From assembly GCA_030390025.1 (NCBI GenBank), contig CM059432.1, positions 64,606,001-64,670,000 on the forward strand: a DNA stretch of 64,000 nt, written 5' to 3'. A program made the translations under genes and the position numbers. This document shows, one piece after another, positions 35,463 through 49,298 of this stretch (within the stretch, counting starts at the first letter, position 1; each line of letters opens with the position of its first letter). The stretch comes from Squalus acanthias. Its lineage: Eukaryota. The notes under the pieces were generated by a model that had not been told where the DNA came from, ran no database searches, and saw only the letters and a program-made list of their open reading frames with translations.

Positions 35463-36170
35463 CCATTCTTTTTCCTCTCTCCATTGCTTTAGCAGAGGTG
35501 TGTTTGACCATTTATTTTAAATAGGTACCATCTCCATTGAAATAACAAAGAAAGGAATTTCAAATAAATGTGGTAAGCAATCATATGCCATTATCTCAAG
35601 GCATAATTTCAGGTCCTTCTTCTTAAGATTTTTTTTCCTATTTCACTTTCCGAGGTCTCCCTGTTGCAAGCACCTTCAAATGGTGATCAAATGGACCCCA
35701 AAGTGTGGGAATGGCTCTTCTGCTAATTTAACCTTTCTTTCATGTGAGTAGCGCCTTGAATCTGTTCAGTGGCTCCTCATTATGGTACAGATTTACATTC
35801 CACCACTCCATAGCACAGCACAATGCTGGTTTCAGCCATTCACCAACCACTCTCATTATGCTTTAACTTCAAGTATTTCAAATCCTCCATAATTAGTACC
35901 TTCCTTCCCCTGCGTAGTTCCCATTTGCTCCAACAGTTCCACGTTCATTTCCTCCTTTGCCTCACTGGTTTACAGCATTTGTCGATTTTTTATTTTCTTC
36001 TTTTGACATCATATCTACCCAAATTGACCCAACCCACGCTCATCTAAAATTCAATCAACTCGGTCTCTATCTCCAACAATGACATCCATTCCCCCTTTCA
36101 ACTCCACAAAATTAAATTTTTCTCCATGCTAAGGATTTTAAATCTAACATACAAAATTCCTCTGGTAATT

Positions 36171-38655
36171 AGCCCCGATATTAACAGGAAGCCAGGGAGG
36201 GTGGGGGAGGCCAAAATTGTCCAAAGAACCCAGCAAGGCCCTGGATGTGGACGCCCAGACGATCCTAATGGCAGGGCCTAATTGGCAGCAGCCGGCCAAA
36301 TGGACAGCCTGGCCGGTGGCTGGGAAAGAGGGAAGCCACAGGTTCCCACATGTGCCCGGCACTGGGAATGGAGTGTCAGCTCCAGGTGGCAATTGGAAGG
36401 ACTGAGAGGAGTCTGAAGATCAGGGCTGGGGGAGGCCGAAGGCTTCCTTGCGGGGCCTGAGGGGAGTGCCAAAAGAGCCATTTACCTTGGGGAGTCGACC
36501 GATCCCGCCATGGATCAGCTGCCGGGAATCCCACAGGCCAGGCCTCCACCGCACTTATTATTAAATTTAAGCTGTGGCGCCAATCATGTCATCAGGCCAT
36601 GACTCTGGTATGTTAATTAACCAAGACTCTGTCTTCGATGCGAGTGTCCTCAACTCCATCCCGCAGCATGCTACCCGCCACCATCTCAGCACAACCCCAG
36701 CCCGGCATGAGGTTGAAAAGGTCATCCGACAGCTGAAAAACAACAAGGCCTCAGGAGCAGATGGAAGCCCTGCCGAGGCACTAAAGCATGGCGGAGAAGC
36801 ACTACTGGCGCGAATTCATGAACTCATTTCTCTTATCTGGAAGGAGGAGAGCATGCCAGGGGATCTCAGAGATGCCGTAATTGTGACCATCTTCAAGAAA
36901 GGTGACAAGTCGGTTTGCAGTAATTACAGAGGAGTTTCCCTGCTGTCTGCCACAGGGAAAATCATCGCAAGAATCCTCCTCAATCGCCTTCTCCCAGTGG
37001 CTGAAGAGCTCCTCCCAGAGTCACAATGCGAATTCCTCCCACTAAGGGGCACAATGGACATGATCTTCACCGTGCGTCAATTACAAGAGAAATGCAGGGA
37101 ACAGCACCAACTGCTGTACATGACCTTCTTTGACCTCACAAAGGCCTTCAACACTATCAACCGTGAGGGATTATGGAGTGTCCTACTCAAATTCGGCTGC
37201 CCTCAAAAGTTTGTCACCATCCTCCGCCTGCTTCACGACGACATGCAAGCCGTGATCCTGACCAACGGTTCCACCACAGACCCAATTCACGTACGGACCG
37301 GGGTCAAGCAAGGCTGTGTCATCGCACCAACGCTCTTCCTTGCTGCAGTGCTCCATCTCACCCTCAGTAAGCTCCCCGCTGGATTGGAGCTAATTTACAA
37401 AACAAACGGGAAACTGTTTAATCTCCGTCGCCTCCAGTCCAGATCCAAGGTTGACCCATCCTCTGTCGTCGAATTACAGTATGCAGACGACATTTGCGTC
37501 TGCACTCACTCGGAGGTCAAACTCCAAACCATCGTCAACACCTTCACCGAAGTGTACGAGAGCATGGGCCTTACACTAAACATCCGTAAGACAAAGGTCC
37601 TCTACCAACCTGCCCCCGCCACACAGTACTGCCTCCCGATTATCAAAATCCACGATAAGGCCTTGGACAACGTGGACCACTTTCCATACCTCGGGAGCCA
37701 ACTGTCAACAAGGGCAGACGTCGATGACGAAGTCCAACACCGCCTTCAGTGTGCCAGTGCAGCCTTCGGTCGCCTGAGGAAGAGAGTGTTTGAAGACCGG
37801 AACCTCAAACCCGGCACTAAGCTCATGGTCTACAGAGCAGCAGTGATACCCGCCCTGCTGTATGCCTCAGAGACATGGACCATGTACAGCAGGCACCTCA
37901 AAGCACTGGAGATGGTACCACCAACGTTGCCTCCGCAAGATCCTGCAAATCCATTGGCAGGATAGGCACACCAACGTCAGTGTTCTCGCTCAGGCCAACA
38001 TCCCCAGCATCGAAGCTTTGACCACGCTTGATCAGATCCGATGGACGGGTCACATCGTCTGCATGCCCGATACGAGACTCCCAAAACAAACGCTCTACTT
38101 GGAGCTCCGACACAGCAAGAGAACCCCAGGTGGACAGAGGAAATGCTTCAAGGACACCCTCAAAGCCTCCTTGAAAAAGTGCAACATCCCCACCAACACC
38201 TGGGAATCCCTGGCCCAAGACCGCACAAAGTGGAGAAGAAGCATCCGGGAAGGCGCCGAACGCCTCGAGTCTCTTCGCCGGGAGCAAGTGGAAGCCAAGC
38301 GCAAGCAGCAGAAGGAGCGTACGTCAACCCAAGCACCCCACCCACCCGTCCCTTCAACCACCGTCTGCCCCACCTGTGACAGAGACTGTAAGTCCCGCAT
38401 TGGACTCATCAGTCACCTGAGAACTCATTTTTAATGTGGAAGCAAGTCATCCTCGGTTCCGAGGGACTGCCTAAGAAGAAGAGATGTTAATTAGGCCCCC
38501 ACCTGTCTTTTGTGGCAGCCTCGTCCTTGGTTTGATTTCTGTGCTTTAAAATTTAAAGGAATGGGAATGGGTTCGGGTTGGGGTCGGGTTTTTAATTCTG
38601 TTATTTTAACCCCCCTTCCCACCTGTTTTGCATGGAGGGGTTAAAATCAAGACCC
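36171..38655. mobile_element. Harbinger-type MITE interrupted by an RTE LINE
   Basis: Ends GCCCCGATATTAAC / GTTAAAATCAAGACCC; GC-rich body resembles 9786-10691. Confidence 0.5.
36620..38483 (+). mobile_element. RTE-clade LINE, 5'-truncated; RT ORF to 38434 with one evident frameshift near 37912
   Basis: NYRGVSLLS, FDLTKAF, TGVKQGCVIAPTLF, LQYADD, C-terminal CPTC..HLRTH finger, (AAG)n tail, TSD ATGTTAATTA (36610-36619, 38484-38493). Confidence 0.93.
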
Positions 38656-39452
38656 TGATCTTTGTTAAGCCAACTAAATTTAATCTCTCATGCCATTTAG
38701 ACTGCTTCGGCTCTATGATATGGTTTATACATTATTTAAAGAAAGATTATTTAGCTTATTGATGTTGTAATGACCTCTACTACCAATTAATTTAAATTAA
38801 TATTTATCTCTTGAATTCTGTCTCTGCTCCATATTATAAAGACTTAGTCCATCATTTATTTCTTATCATTCTTTATTTCATGTTCTTCCTTTTACAATCT
38901 AGGCTGATCTTTGACAACATCATAAATATGCCACAAAATGTGTCCCCCAGGGGACACTAAATGATTACAGATCTTAAATAAACTCTGAGGTGCTTTCTGC
39001 CTGCAGTGTTGAGGAACATAAATGAGTATATGTCCATTTTGAAGCAATTCATCTTACATGACTGCCCTGTAATTTATGCATTTCCTAAATAACACTGTAT
39101 CATTTGCAAGGTTAGTCCATCAGTTGAGTCATATCTGATTTTTGTGTCACTGAATAAAAGCCTGCCGTATTACCACAATGTCATATGAATTCAATTCCAT
39201 GGATAACAAGTCTTTGCAAAGATGTTCATTTGGAAACAATTCTTTCTTGTTCCAGCAAGTTAGGACAATAATAAAAACATGCCAATCAAAGTGATTTAAA
39301 AAGATTTTGAAAGATCTGCATTATAACATATCGGGGGCCCCAAATTCCGACAGTCCTGTTTTGCTGCCGGAGGTGAGGCAGGGCAGGACTTCTGTCCATC
39401 ATGAGGTCATGGTGTGGACCCTGCCTTAAATGGCAAGGACAGTTAACATAAA

Positions 39453-40117
39453 GGGCTGGATTTTCATTGACCCGTGGAGGTGGGTTTGGAGGCGTGTGGG
39501 GGGTTATAATTGCGGAAACTGGCGGGCGGGCACAAGCCCGCCTCCATCCTGCCTCCACGCAATTTTCATTAAATCGTGTCTGCTGGTCCCGACTCCGTCC
39601 CGCCTCTGAGAGGCGGGATAGGCTGTTAAGGCCCTTAACAAGCACTAAATTGCCTCTATAATACCATTTTGAAAGGCCTTTGTGATTTTAACCCTTTTTC
39701 AACGTGAAGCACGCCTGTTCTGAACCACGAATGTGAAACCTGGCGGGAGCACATGTGGCTGGCTGGATTGATGACATATCTGGGAGTGGTGGTGGATGGG
39801 AGACATATCTGGGAGTGGTGGTGCAAAAATATCTGGGAGCAGACTTAGGGCTGCTGCTGCTAATTTTGCATCCAGGTCTTCTCACAGCAAAGGCCAGGCA
39901 GTCTTTGCAGACCTTCAATGCAGCAGCAATGATGACATCATCAGAGGCGACTTTCAGACTGAAAACACTAATTGGGTCATGGGTTCCCACATGCTGGAAC
40001 TCAATTGCTCAATTAGGTGAAAATCGCATCACTCTCCCACATCCAATTGCAGTCGGGTGGATAACACGAAAAGTGGATGACACGACCCCAACCCACCCCA
40101 GTATCAAAATCCAGCCC
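39453..40117. mobile_element. Harbinger-type MITE
   Basis: Perfect 12-bp TIR GGGCTGGATTTT / AAAATCCAGCCC, flanks AAA/ATA, internal tandem GACATATCTGGGAGTGGTGGTG (39773-39840). Confidence 0.8.
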
Positions 40118-40394
40118 ATAGACTGTACTGAGAGGCATTTGGGCTATCTAAATCCAGCCTGGAATGTTGCAGATGGGGCGTTGGGGTTGGGTCGGTGGGG
40201 CGTGGTGGAGGGGAGCAGAGGTAGATCCCAAAAACCCCATGATTCGTAGGATATGTGTGGGGGAATGGAGCTGGGAGATGTGGAGACCTGGTGTAGCAGC
40301 AGGATACAAAATGTGCTGCTGCTTAAAGAGGCAATGGCAGCATAGAAGAAGCAGGTAACTGAGGTAACAAGGGTGGCAGCCAAATCAAAGAAAC

Positions 40395-40610
40395 AAGCAT
40401 CAAGCCTCAGGGAGTCAGATCTGGATGTTCTCCTTCAGGCATTATGGCGCAGGAGGGACAAGCAATTTGGGGTCGGGGCCAGAGACTCACCAAAAATGCG
40501 ATATTCTGTGTAAGAAGGGGTTTGTGGTGGTGAATTCCACCTCTTTGATCCCCTAGGACTCCTTTATAGTACAGGAAGTTGTTTACCTACCATGCCAGAG
40601 CAGCTAAGAT
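40395..40610 (+). pseudogene. Very old Myb/SANT exon-1 relic
   Basis: ASSLRESDLDVLLQALWRRRDKQFG resembles the APRFSD..L..L...V..RR..LF pattern. Confidence 0.4.
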
Positions 40611-40849
40611 AAGTTACCTCCTCCTCCTGACCCTTCCTTGCAGTCTCTTTATATGTGTGATACTCCTTTATTCATCACCCTCATGGTGCTCTAGGACAGC
40701 AATCTGATCCTCTGTTCCTTCTTCAATCCTGTGTCATTTGCTACCTACAAATGTACCTTCCCTCACAGTGTACCATGCATGAGCAGCCTCCCTAACTCAC
40801 CACATTTGTTCTTTCTTGCATTCTGCCTCTCTTATAAGCTCTCTTATAA

Positions 40850-42831
40850 GGGCACTGGCGGAGTGGCAGTGGTGGGAGGATGAATGCTGTCATCCTGAGA
40901 GGCCAGCAGGTTTCTGCTCTACGAAGCCACTGCCACTCCCCCGGGGCGGTGCCTCAGCAATCCTAGTAATCTGTTGGAGGACAGATTGCTGGACTGCTGT
41001 AACACCCTGCAAGACCTTTTCCATACTAGTAAACACAGCCATAATGGCAGCAGTCTGAGCTTGCATCACAAAAGTCTGAGCTTCCTCTGCAGCACTCAGA
41101 CGTTTGGTGGCTTCTGCTTCTGCTGCAATAGAAGTTGAGATATTGACTATCAGATGGTGCATGATGGTTGGGTCCACAAGTGTGCTAATGGTGTTGCCCA
41201 TCACTTCCATGCTGGAAATCATGGGCTCCAAGCTCTGCGCAAAGCCCTGTGCAAGGTTGGTCCCGGACTCCTCCATGCACTTTGAACTTGCACTCAGGCT
41301 TTCTGGCAGGTCTGCCAATGCACCAAGTATTTCATTGTGCATACCCATCAGCATTCTTCTGTAGGCCGCCCCATCGAAGTCCTCATCTGATTCCTCTGCA
41401 GCAGAACTCGTGTGCAACCTCACTCTCCGGGGATCTGACACCTGCACTACCTTTTCCCCCTGCCCTGGCTGCAGGCCACTTGTGCTCAGTGTCTCACCAT
41501 GTGCAGATCCTGCCTCTAACCTATCCTCTAAAGTGCACGAGTGTCAGTATCTGAGCTGGTGGCTGCGAGTGTGAAATCAAGTGATGGTGCTGTGTCTTCT
41601 TCATCAGTACATTGGTGCTCTTCAATTTCCTGCTCCTCCACCAGTGCCTGGCCAGGTGGCAGTTCTTGGGTGTCTGAAAGGAGAAAGGCACAAGGGATAG
41701 GTTGTGGTGAGGGGAGGGGGGGAAGCAAGTGGTGAATGCCTACACCATGTGCAGCTTGTAAATCAAAAGAGATTGTGGGATGAGGGGGAAGTGGGATGTG
41801 AGAAGGAGGATTATGTATGAGGATACCATCATCTTGTATTGTTTTAGCTCTTTCACTGGCCACGGGCTCAGCGGTGGCCCTCCCAATAATGGCCAGCACT
41901 GTCTCCTCCATCGGGGTCAAGTTATGTAGCCGTGCCTGTCCCCCAATGATTATGTCAAGCTGCCTCTGGCTGTGAGCCACCTTGTCCTGCAAGAGAAAGG
42001 GAAGGGTGTCAATGAGTGTGGTGCAATGTGTTTGGGTGATATGCCTGTCATGGTTGAATAGCTGACAGTGTGTGCAAACTGTGAGATGTGGATGTGAGGC
42101 TTGCAGCAGTGGTAAGTGTATGGGGGGAGGTGAAGCTATGAATGTGAGGTATGAATTGTGTTTGGTAGAAATTGTTGGTAGTTGAGTGATGCGATGTGGT
42201 GCATTGAGCAGTATGTGAGGCTAGTGGTGCAGATGGTGGGATATGGCATTTGAAGATGAATTCACTGACCTTGACCACTCATGTGAGGTCATTAAACTTC
42301 TTCCTGCACTGTGTTTAGGTCCTTGGGGCTACACTGATGTCATTGACCATGACGGCTATCTGCTCCCATTGCCTTTTACACATTTGCCCGGAGGACCTCC
42401 TGGCCCCCTGTGGAAACAGGACCTCTCTCCTCGTGTTCACCTCCTGCACAAAAGGCCTTCAGTGCTGCATCTGCGAACCTTCGGCACACTCTCTCCCCTG
42501 TTGTGACATCAGCAGTACTTTTTGCTGCTCTGACTCAGTTCCACAGCCAGTTGAATCACCTGCTGCAGGTTGAATGCACCTCCCCTTTAAGAGGTGCAGA
42601 CTGCCCTTAAGAAGTGCAGGCTAACTTTAATTGGTGCTAGCCTTGCACGATCTTGGGCCCTCTGCTGAATGTTCAGCCACTCAGCAGTACTTTCAGCGCT
42701 GGGCTGAACACCACAATCAAGTTAATCAGCAGGCATGTTAATTGTGCTGCCAGCATTACTTTGAATGGGCGTGGGTTGATCCCGCATTGCAATCCCTGCG
42801 CCCGTTTTCGGAGGTAAACAAATTTCTAGCC
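40850..42831 (-). mobile_element. Harbinger half element (H5) with three-exon Myb pseudogene (42509-42270, 41986-41827, 41673-~40850)
   Basis: Terminus GGCTAGAAATTT (minus), QCRKKFNDLT, GT/AG junctions conserved with the other copies, FDGAAYRRMLMGMHNEILGAL. Confidence 0.88.
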
Positions 42832-45800
42832 GAACCACCTCATGGTTTAACTTATCCCAATGTTCTCCAAGTTTATGTCAGATATTATTTGGGTATAAAT
42901 GGTGGAATATCTGAGACAACCACTTTTGCCCTCATTATTCGGTTATTTCCATATGTCCACCATTTTGGAGATGGGCATCTCTTCTGCCAGCACCCAATTC
43001 CACTGAAATATAGGATCAAAAAAAGAAGGGTTTATACCTGAAAAATTAAACTGTCTCGTGTTTTCTTGACATATGCTGCCTGACCCATTGAGTGTCTCCA
43101 GCATTTTGCGATTTTTTTTTTTGCCACTGAAATTTAGAATGTTTTTGAAGATGGCTGTAACTCTGGTGTTTCTGATTTATGCCTTAAATTCCAGCCCCCT
43201 ACATTGGAATTACCCCACTTTTGTTCCCTAACAATCTTGGAATTTCGGTCCCAATTTTTTATATTATGAAACCAAGCGATAAAACAATGGTTACCGCCCA
43301 TCACAATTAGAATCCTGGATGTAAAAGGGAATCAGAAAAATATAATAGGTATCCAAGTATCTCTGATTTCAACTTAATATCAAATGAAAACTGCAATAGC
43401 CTAGTGACTACAAAGCTAGAGTGTTTGTCTCCCACTTTAGGAGATATACTGCCCACCTAACTGTTGTAATAATATACACAAGTAACATAAAGGAATGGCT
43501 GGCTACCAGATACCTTCTGAACATTCCACACAGATGTATTAAAAAGGGAGTTATTACAGTACTTCAAAGTGCAGCACAGCCAGGAACTTTCTGTCAAAAA
43601 GCTCAATAGTGGTGCTGCCATTTTATAGACACCTTTTTTGGGGGGCTTTCTAAGCTTTATTTCATTCTTTCTCATTTCTAAATCAGCAGCAGCAGCAGAC
43701 ATGACCAAAAATATGAAATAACGGCAGCTTCTTAGTTACTGGCAAGGCATTTGATGGCACTACCCTTCAAACTAGCAATGATTCCAGTTTGAATAGTTTC
43801 AGAATCTAATTTCAGCTTTTGCAGTATCTTTGCAAAATTAATTTGATGATTATCATTAATACGATGCAGTACAGTGGTTTGTTTTCATGCTTATATTACA
43901 TTTGTACTTTCCTCTGCACCTCTAATTCATGCTCAAATCCAAAAGATTTGAGTTTGAGTGAAGTCAATTGTCTGCATTATTTTTATTTGAAAAAGATAAA
44001 CCATTAGGTAGAAGTGCAAGCAATAGTAGAATGCAAGCACTCAAGTCTTTCATGCTTGGCTTGCTCTGTAAACCTAACCACAACTTTTGAACGGTTGTTA
44101 ATTTTCTTTTTTGAAGTTGTGATACTGATATTTGAAAATTGCCCTCCATTGATCAAATCTGGTTATCACCGTATGTCTCAATTGATCAGAATCAGTTCTT
44201 TTACAGTTATTTTAAGCAAAGACTATGATGTGCACTAAAAATGTGCATGTAAAATTATATAAATTCCCAATAGTCTTGAAATATTTCACCTCAATGAAAA
44301 GAAGCAGCTTTATAGAAAGTAATCATCATTTTTGATTATCATCCAGTATTGCAGAATAACTTGAGTTATTTCTGATATGCCAAACCATTAATTTGTACAG
44401 TCATCTTTCCTTTCCCGTCATGAAAGGGTGTCATCTCTTTAATTCCTCAATATGGAATATGGTGCTGCTCATAATACTGATAAGAAATAAAATGATACAG
44501 AATCTTACTGGTTCTTTCCCGTTCACTGCCTCTAGCACTTCCATTCTCATTTCCCATGTTGTCCTTGTGTCTTTTTGTCTACATTCCCCACAAAAGTCAT
44601 CTGATAGCTGCTTCTGATGACCTTCTTTCTACTACTGGAAAATACAGGTAATGAACTTGTCAAAATATCTACAAGGGATGAACCTTTGAGCTACCAACGA
44701 AGGAGAGAAAATAGTTGCTGGTGCTTCTGAATAAATACAGCTATTGAAGTACATAATGTACTACTGCTGAAAAGTGGGCAATTATCTTTCTGTTTACATC
44801 ACTCCCCCTGTCAGATGCACAATAATCTGCTCTTTTTGCCTTTTATTGCGAGTCACTTTACCAATAAACTTTTTTTGACTAACACATATCTCTACTACAT
44901 TCATGGAGGTAAATAATATTATCCTATTTCCATTTCACAGGGACATTGGAAATACTGGAGAGGGTTGTGTTGGTGCAGTTGGTTGCTAGGGGAAAATAAT
45001 CAATTGTAAGTCTGACTAAAGGCATGATTACAGTATTGATGAATTCTCATTATGAAGTGAAGTTGTGTTTAGATAAGGTACTGTCAGTCAATGTAATCTT
45101 CCTGGGCTTTTCTAGGGTTGCTGATGCTGTAAATCAATTTATTTTGTGATAAATTATAATGATTGGTTTGAACTGGGTTGTTGCCTGATTTTGATAATAT
45201 TTGGAAAATCCAGCAGTAAAACTGGGTACTGTTACATTGAGATAGTGTGAGGCCAAGTCATTTATATTAATTGTTTCCTATTCTTTTTCTTGCCTCTTTT
45301 TTGTAGAAGGTGAGATTTCCACCTTTTAAAGATATTGGGGGTAATTTTGACTATGTGCGATTGCGTAAAACAGGCGACGGCAAATCAATGGTCCGTTTTA
45401 CATCTCTCACGATTTTTATTTCCATTTACTTCAGTTGCAGCAAATAAAATGGTTTTCTCCAAGCAGTATTTGCCTCATGGAAACCTTACTGATGCTCCTG
45501 ATGCCACATATAGTGGCGTTAATTATTTAGGAGATTAGGGAAAGTTTGAAAGATTAGCCACACCCACTTGACAATTTAAATGTGGCAGGGCAGGTTCCGA
45601 GTGGGCCTTAAAGGGGAATGGTAATTTTTTGGAAGGAAAATTCTAGTGCTGTATTAGATTGCCATTTTTGATGCTATACACATAACCGTCCCAGTTTACT
45701 CCATTTTCCACCCCAAATCCAAAATGGGTGGTAATTCAGAGGAAAATCCAGCCCAGTGACAACATTTCCCAAGGATAACTTCACTGTTGCTCTGTAGTCA

Positions 45801-46285
45801 TGATGTTCTTCAACTCACATGGAATGGAAACCATGATGAAACGATTGCAAAACCCTGTACTTGCCCATGGCTCTATGCTCACACTGATCAAGAGATGCTC
45901 TGTAGCAGTGGTACATATTGAGTAGCACAGCAAATACTGGTTTCAATTCCTAAGAGTGGCACTTCTGTACTATAATAAAAGCCTACACAAGTGATAATAG
46001 GTGCTGCCTCTGAAAACACTTAGCCCATAAAGACTACAGCAAGAGAGACCTCAGAGTTAGATCCTTTCCACTCAGAAGTTGGCTATGGAACCAATGTTAC
46101 TCCCTCCATCAGAAGAGCACTTAGTAGCATGACATACTACAATCGACACAGTCACAGCATATAAAGGGCAAATATAGCATCTGATCACACTGAAAATGTA
46201 CACTCTGACACTGCACACTTGAACAAGATTAATTCATTTTTTATAGTCTTTGCAAACTATCATTCTTTCATTGTGCAGAAAATAA

Positions 46286-47610
46286 GGCCTAAATATTCGA
46301 CGGCTTTATGCCACCTGTTACTGGAAAAGAATCGCGAAAGAGGGTAGCCGCCGCTCTTTCGCCAGCTGGTGGCAGGTCCCGCGGTGTCCTCCATTTTCCC
46401 AGGCCTGGCAACACTGCCAGGGAGATCCATTGCCCTGCAAAGTAAAATGAGGGAGTGGTGATGTCAGTCGGCGACGCCAACTTAATGTCACCATGGCGAA
46501 CTTGGACCTTTGCGCAGAGTATAACGCTGGGTCTTAAGCTCACCAGGTAAACCCAGCGTGCAAGCAGACTGACAGAGACGCTGTCAGCACCTCTTAAAGG
46601 GACATACACATCTTTCAGCTAAGTTTGTATTTAAGCTTTTGGAATAGTATTTTTTTGATTTTAGTGAAGTAGTGTCTTGCTGCAATAGATGTTAAAAGTT
46701 TTTTTTAAGTGTGTAGGGAGTGCTGCTGGATGGTTGCAAGGTCTTGGATGGTAAAGGAAGGCCTCTGAGAAGACAGAAAAATCTGCAAATACTCAGCATG
46801 TCAGGCAACATCCGTGGAGAGAGAAACAGAGTTCATGTCTCAGGTCAAGATGCTGCCTGATCTGCTGAGTATTTCCAGTATTTTATGCTGTTATTTCAGA
46901 TTTACAGCATTCGCTCGCAGAGGAAAGAGGAAGATGCAGAAGAGGAAGAAACAGAAGGAAGAATGCAACCCAGACAGCCCCTTTCTGGCCGGGATATCCG
47001 GGATGGAATCATCCACCTGCGGTACCAGTGACCACAACCCCAATTTCCGCTTTCAACATTAGTCCCACACCTTACCTTCCCTCTGTTACTGACCATCACA
47101 ACATCCTCTTGGCCACAATGCTGAAATAAAAGGCACCACAAAGCAAACTTTGCAATCCAATTTTATACATCTATCCATGCAATATGGCATCAAGAAATCA
47201 ACTCATCACCCTTATGCATTCTCTTAGTGACTGTCTTGTGTGTGCCTTTGCCTATCCCACTGATGTCACACAGTGCTACCCCAGTGGCTGCAGCATGGCT
47301 GGTGGAAGGCTGCTGACTTTCAATGGGGGACACAGCAAATGGCCTTGCGGGTCAACCTTGAGGAGCTGGTGGCTGGGAGTGTCAAATCAAGTGACGGTGT
47401 TTCATCTTCTTCTTCTTCTTCTTTTTCTTCACTCTCCTCTCGCTCTTCTTGGCCAATCACTGACTGAGTAGGCTGCATTTCATGGGTGTGTGAAATGAGG
47501 AAGGCACAAGAGTGGAGTTGTGGTGAGGGGAGGGCAGGAAAGCAAGAGGTGCATGCCAGAAGGAGGATAACGTATGAGGATACTGGCATCTTTTATGTTT
47601 GAACCCCTTG
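46286..47610. mobile_element. Harbinger deletion derivative (H6): transposase-side end, transposase tail (+), Myb remnants (-)
   Basis: Terminus GGCCTAAATATTCGACGG; 46915-47340 is homologous (inverted) to 61810-62110; 47360-47610 matches Myb exon 3/intron 2 on minus. Confidence 0.72.
46772..46911. mobile_element. Degenerate inverted pLTR pair of Penelope family 2
   Basis: ATACTCAGCATGTCAGGCAACATC...GATGCTGCCTGATCTGCTGAGTAT; similar to 58650-58730 and 54930-54978. Confidence 0.7.
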
Positions 47611-48820
47611 GGGACAACAACAGTATGGTCATTCCTAATCCTTCTCCTCACATCCCACTTCCCCTCATCCCACAATCTCTTCTCATTTTCAAGCTATTGA
47701 TGCTGTATACATGCATAAAGTTGCTCCCCCCCCACCCCCACACCCCCTACCCCACCGCCTCCCCTCACCATAGTCCGACTCTTGTATCTTTCTGCTTTCA
47801 GGTAATCAGCAAGAAGCACCGGAGAAGCCTGTCCCCGAGGTGATACACGAGAGCGAGGGGGGAGAACAAGAGGAAGAAGAAGACACTGTTTCACTGTATC
47901 TGACACTCGCAGACACCAGCTCAGAAACTGGCACTACGCGGAATTTAGAGGCTAGTGTAGAAGCGGGATCTGCACATGGTGAGCCACCGGGCACGAGTGG
48001 GCTGCAGCAAGGCCAGGGAGAAAGTGAAGGGCAAGTTTGTGTGCGAGTTCTGCTGCACAGACTCAGATGAGGACCATGATGGGAGGCCTTCAGAAGAAGG
48101 GTGATGGGCATGCACACATAATTGCTAGGTGCAATAGCAAGCCTCTTGGCAATGTCAAGGAGCGTGGAGGAGTCGGCCTCCAACATTTAACAGGACTCTG
48201 CGCAGAGCTTGGAGCCAGGATTTCCAGGCTGGAAATAATGGCAGACTCACAAAGAGACCGTGTTGGTGCGTGTGATGGGTGATGTCACGGCTGCCATTGC
48301 AACACGGGCAGAAGCAACCCAACGTCTCAGTGCTACAGCAGAAGTGAAGACCGCTCTCATGCAGTCTCTGCTTGATGCCATCCAAACTCAGACTGCTCTC
48401 ATGCAGTCTCAGCTTGATGCCACCCAAGGTTTGACTGCTGCCATCATGGCTGGGTTTACCACGGTTGATCGGAGCTTGCAGGGTGTTGCAGCAGCCCAGC
48501 AAACTGTGCTCCAACAGATTGCTAGGAATGCTGAGGAGCTGCCCCGGGAGAGTGGCAGTGGGTCAGTGGAGCAGGACCCTGTTGTTCTCGCTCACGATGA
48601 CAGCATTCCTACCCCACCACTGCCTCGCCATTGCCCTTGCCGCTGCCTGTCAGCCAGCCAGCCCAGACTGCTGCCATCCATGCCGAGGTGGTACAGTCGA
48701 CAGCTGGGCCTTCGAGGGCCAGAGCTGCTCAAGTTCGTCCTGCAGGGCCATCTGAAGTCTCCCTGATGGAAACCCAGCAGCCTGCAGTCACTGGGGGAGC
48801 ACGTTGTAGGAGCGCACAGA

Positions 48821-49298
48821 GAAGAAAGAAAGACCGACCGACTTTACTTACTTACTTTTCTATAGCGCCTTTCACGACCCACCAGACGTCTCAAAGCACT
48901 TTACAGTCAATGAAGTACTTTTGGAGTGTAGTCACTGTTGTAATGTGGGAAACGCGGCAGCCAATTTGCGTACAGCAAGCTCCCACAAACAGCAATGTGA
49001 TAATGACCAGATAATCTGTTTTTTGTGATGTGGATTGAGGGATAAATATTGGCCAGGACACCGGGGATAACTTCCCTGCTCTTCTGCGAAATAGCGCCAT
49101 GGGATCTTTTACATCCACCTGAGAGAGCAGACGGGGCCTCGGTTTAACGTCTCATCCGAAAGATGGCACCTCCGACAGTGCAGCACTCCCTCAGTACTGC
49201 ACTGGAGTTTCAGCCTAGATTTATGTGCTCAAGTCCCGGGAGTGAGACTTGAACCCACAACCTTCTGACTCAAAGGCGAGAGTGCTACCCGCTGAGCT
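48821..49298 (-). mobile_element. Deu-domain SINE, full length
   Basis: Very similar to 25048-25508 including the B box and Deu core. Confidence 0.88.

Noticed and set aside
39773..39840. CRISPR-like direct repeats
   Set aside because: Only 2-3 units with 5-7 nt gaps, in a eukaryotic MITE, with no cas genes.
43457..43708. 83-aa ORF or first exon (MAAPLLSF...QK|GTATCT)
   Set aside because: No recognisable homology, weak donor and no CpG-island context; cannot be supported without expression data.
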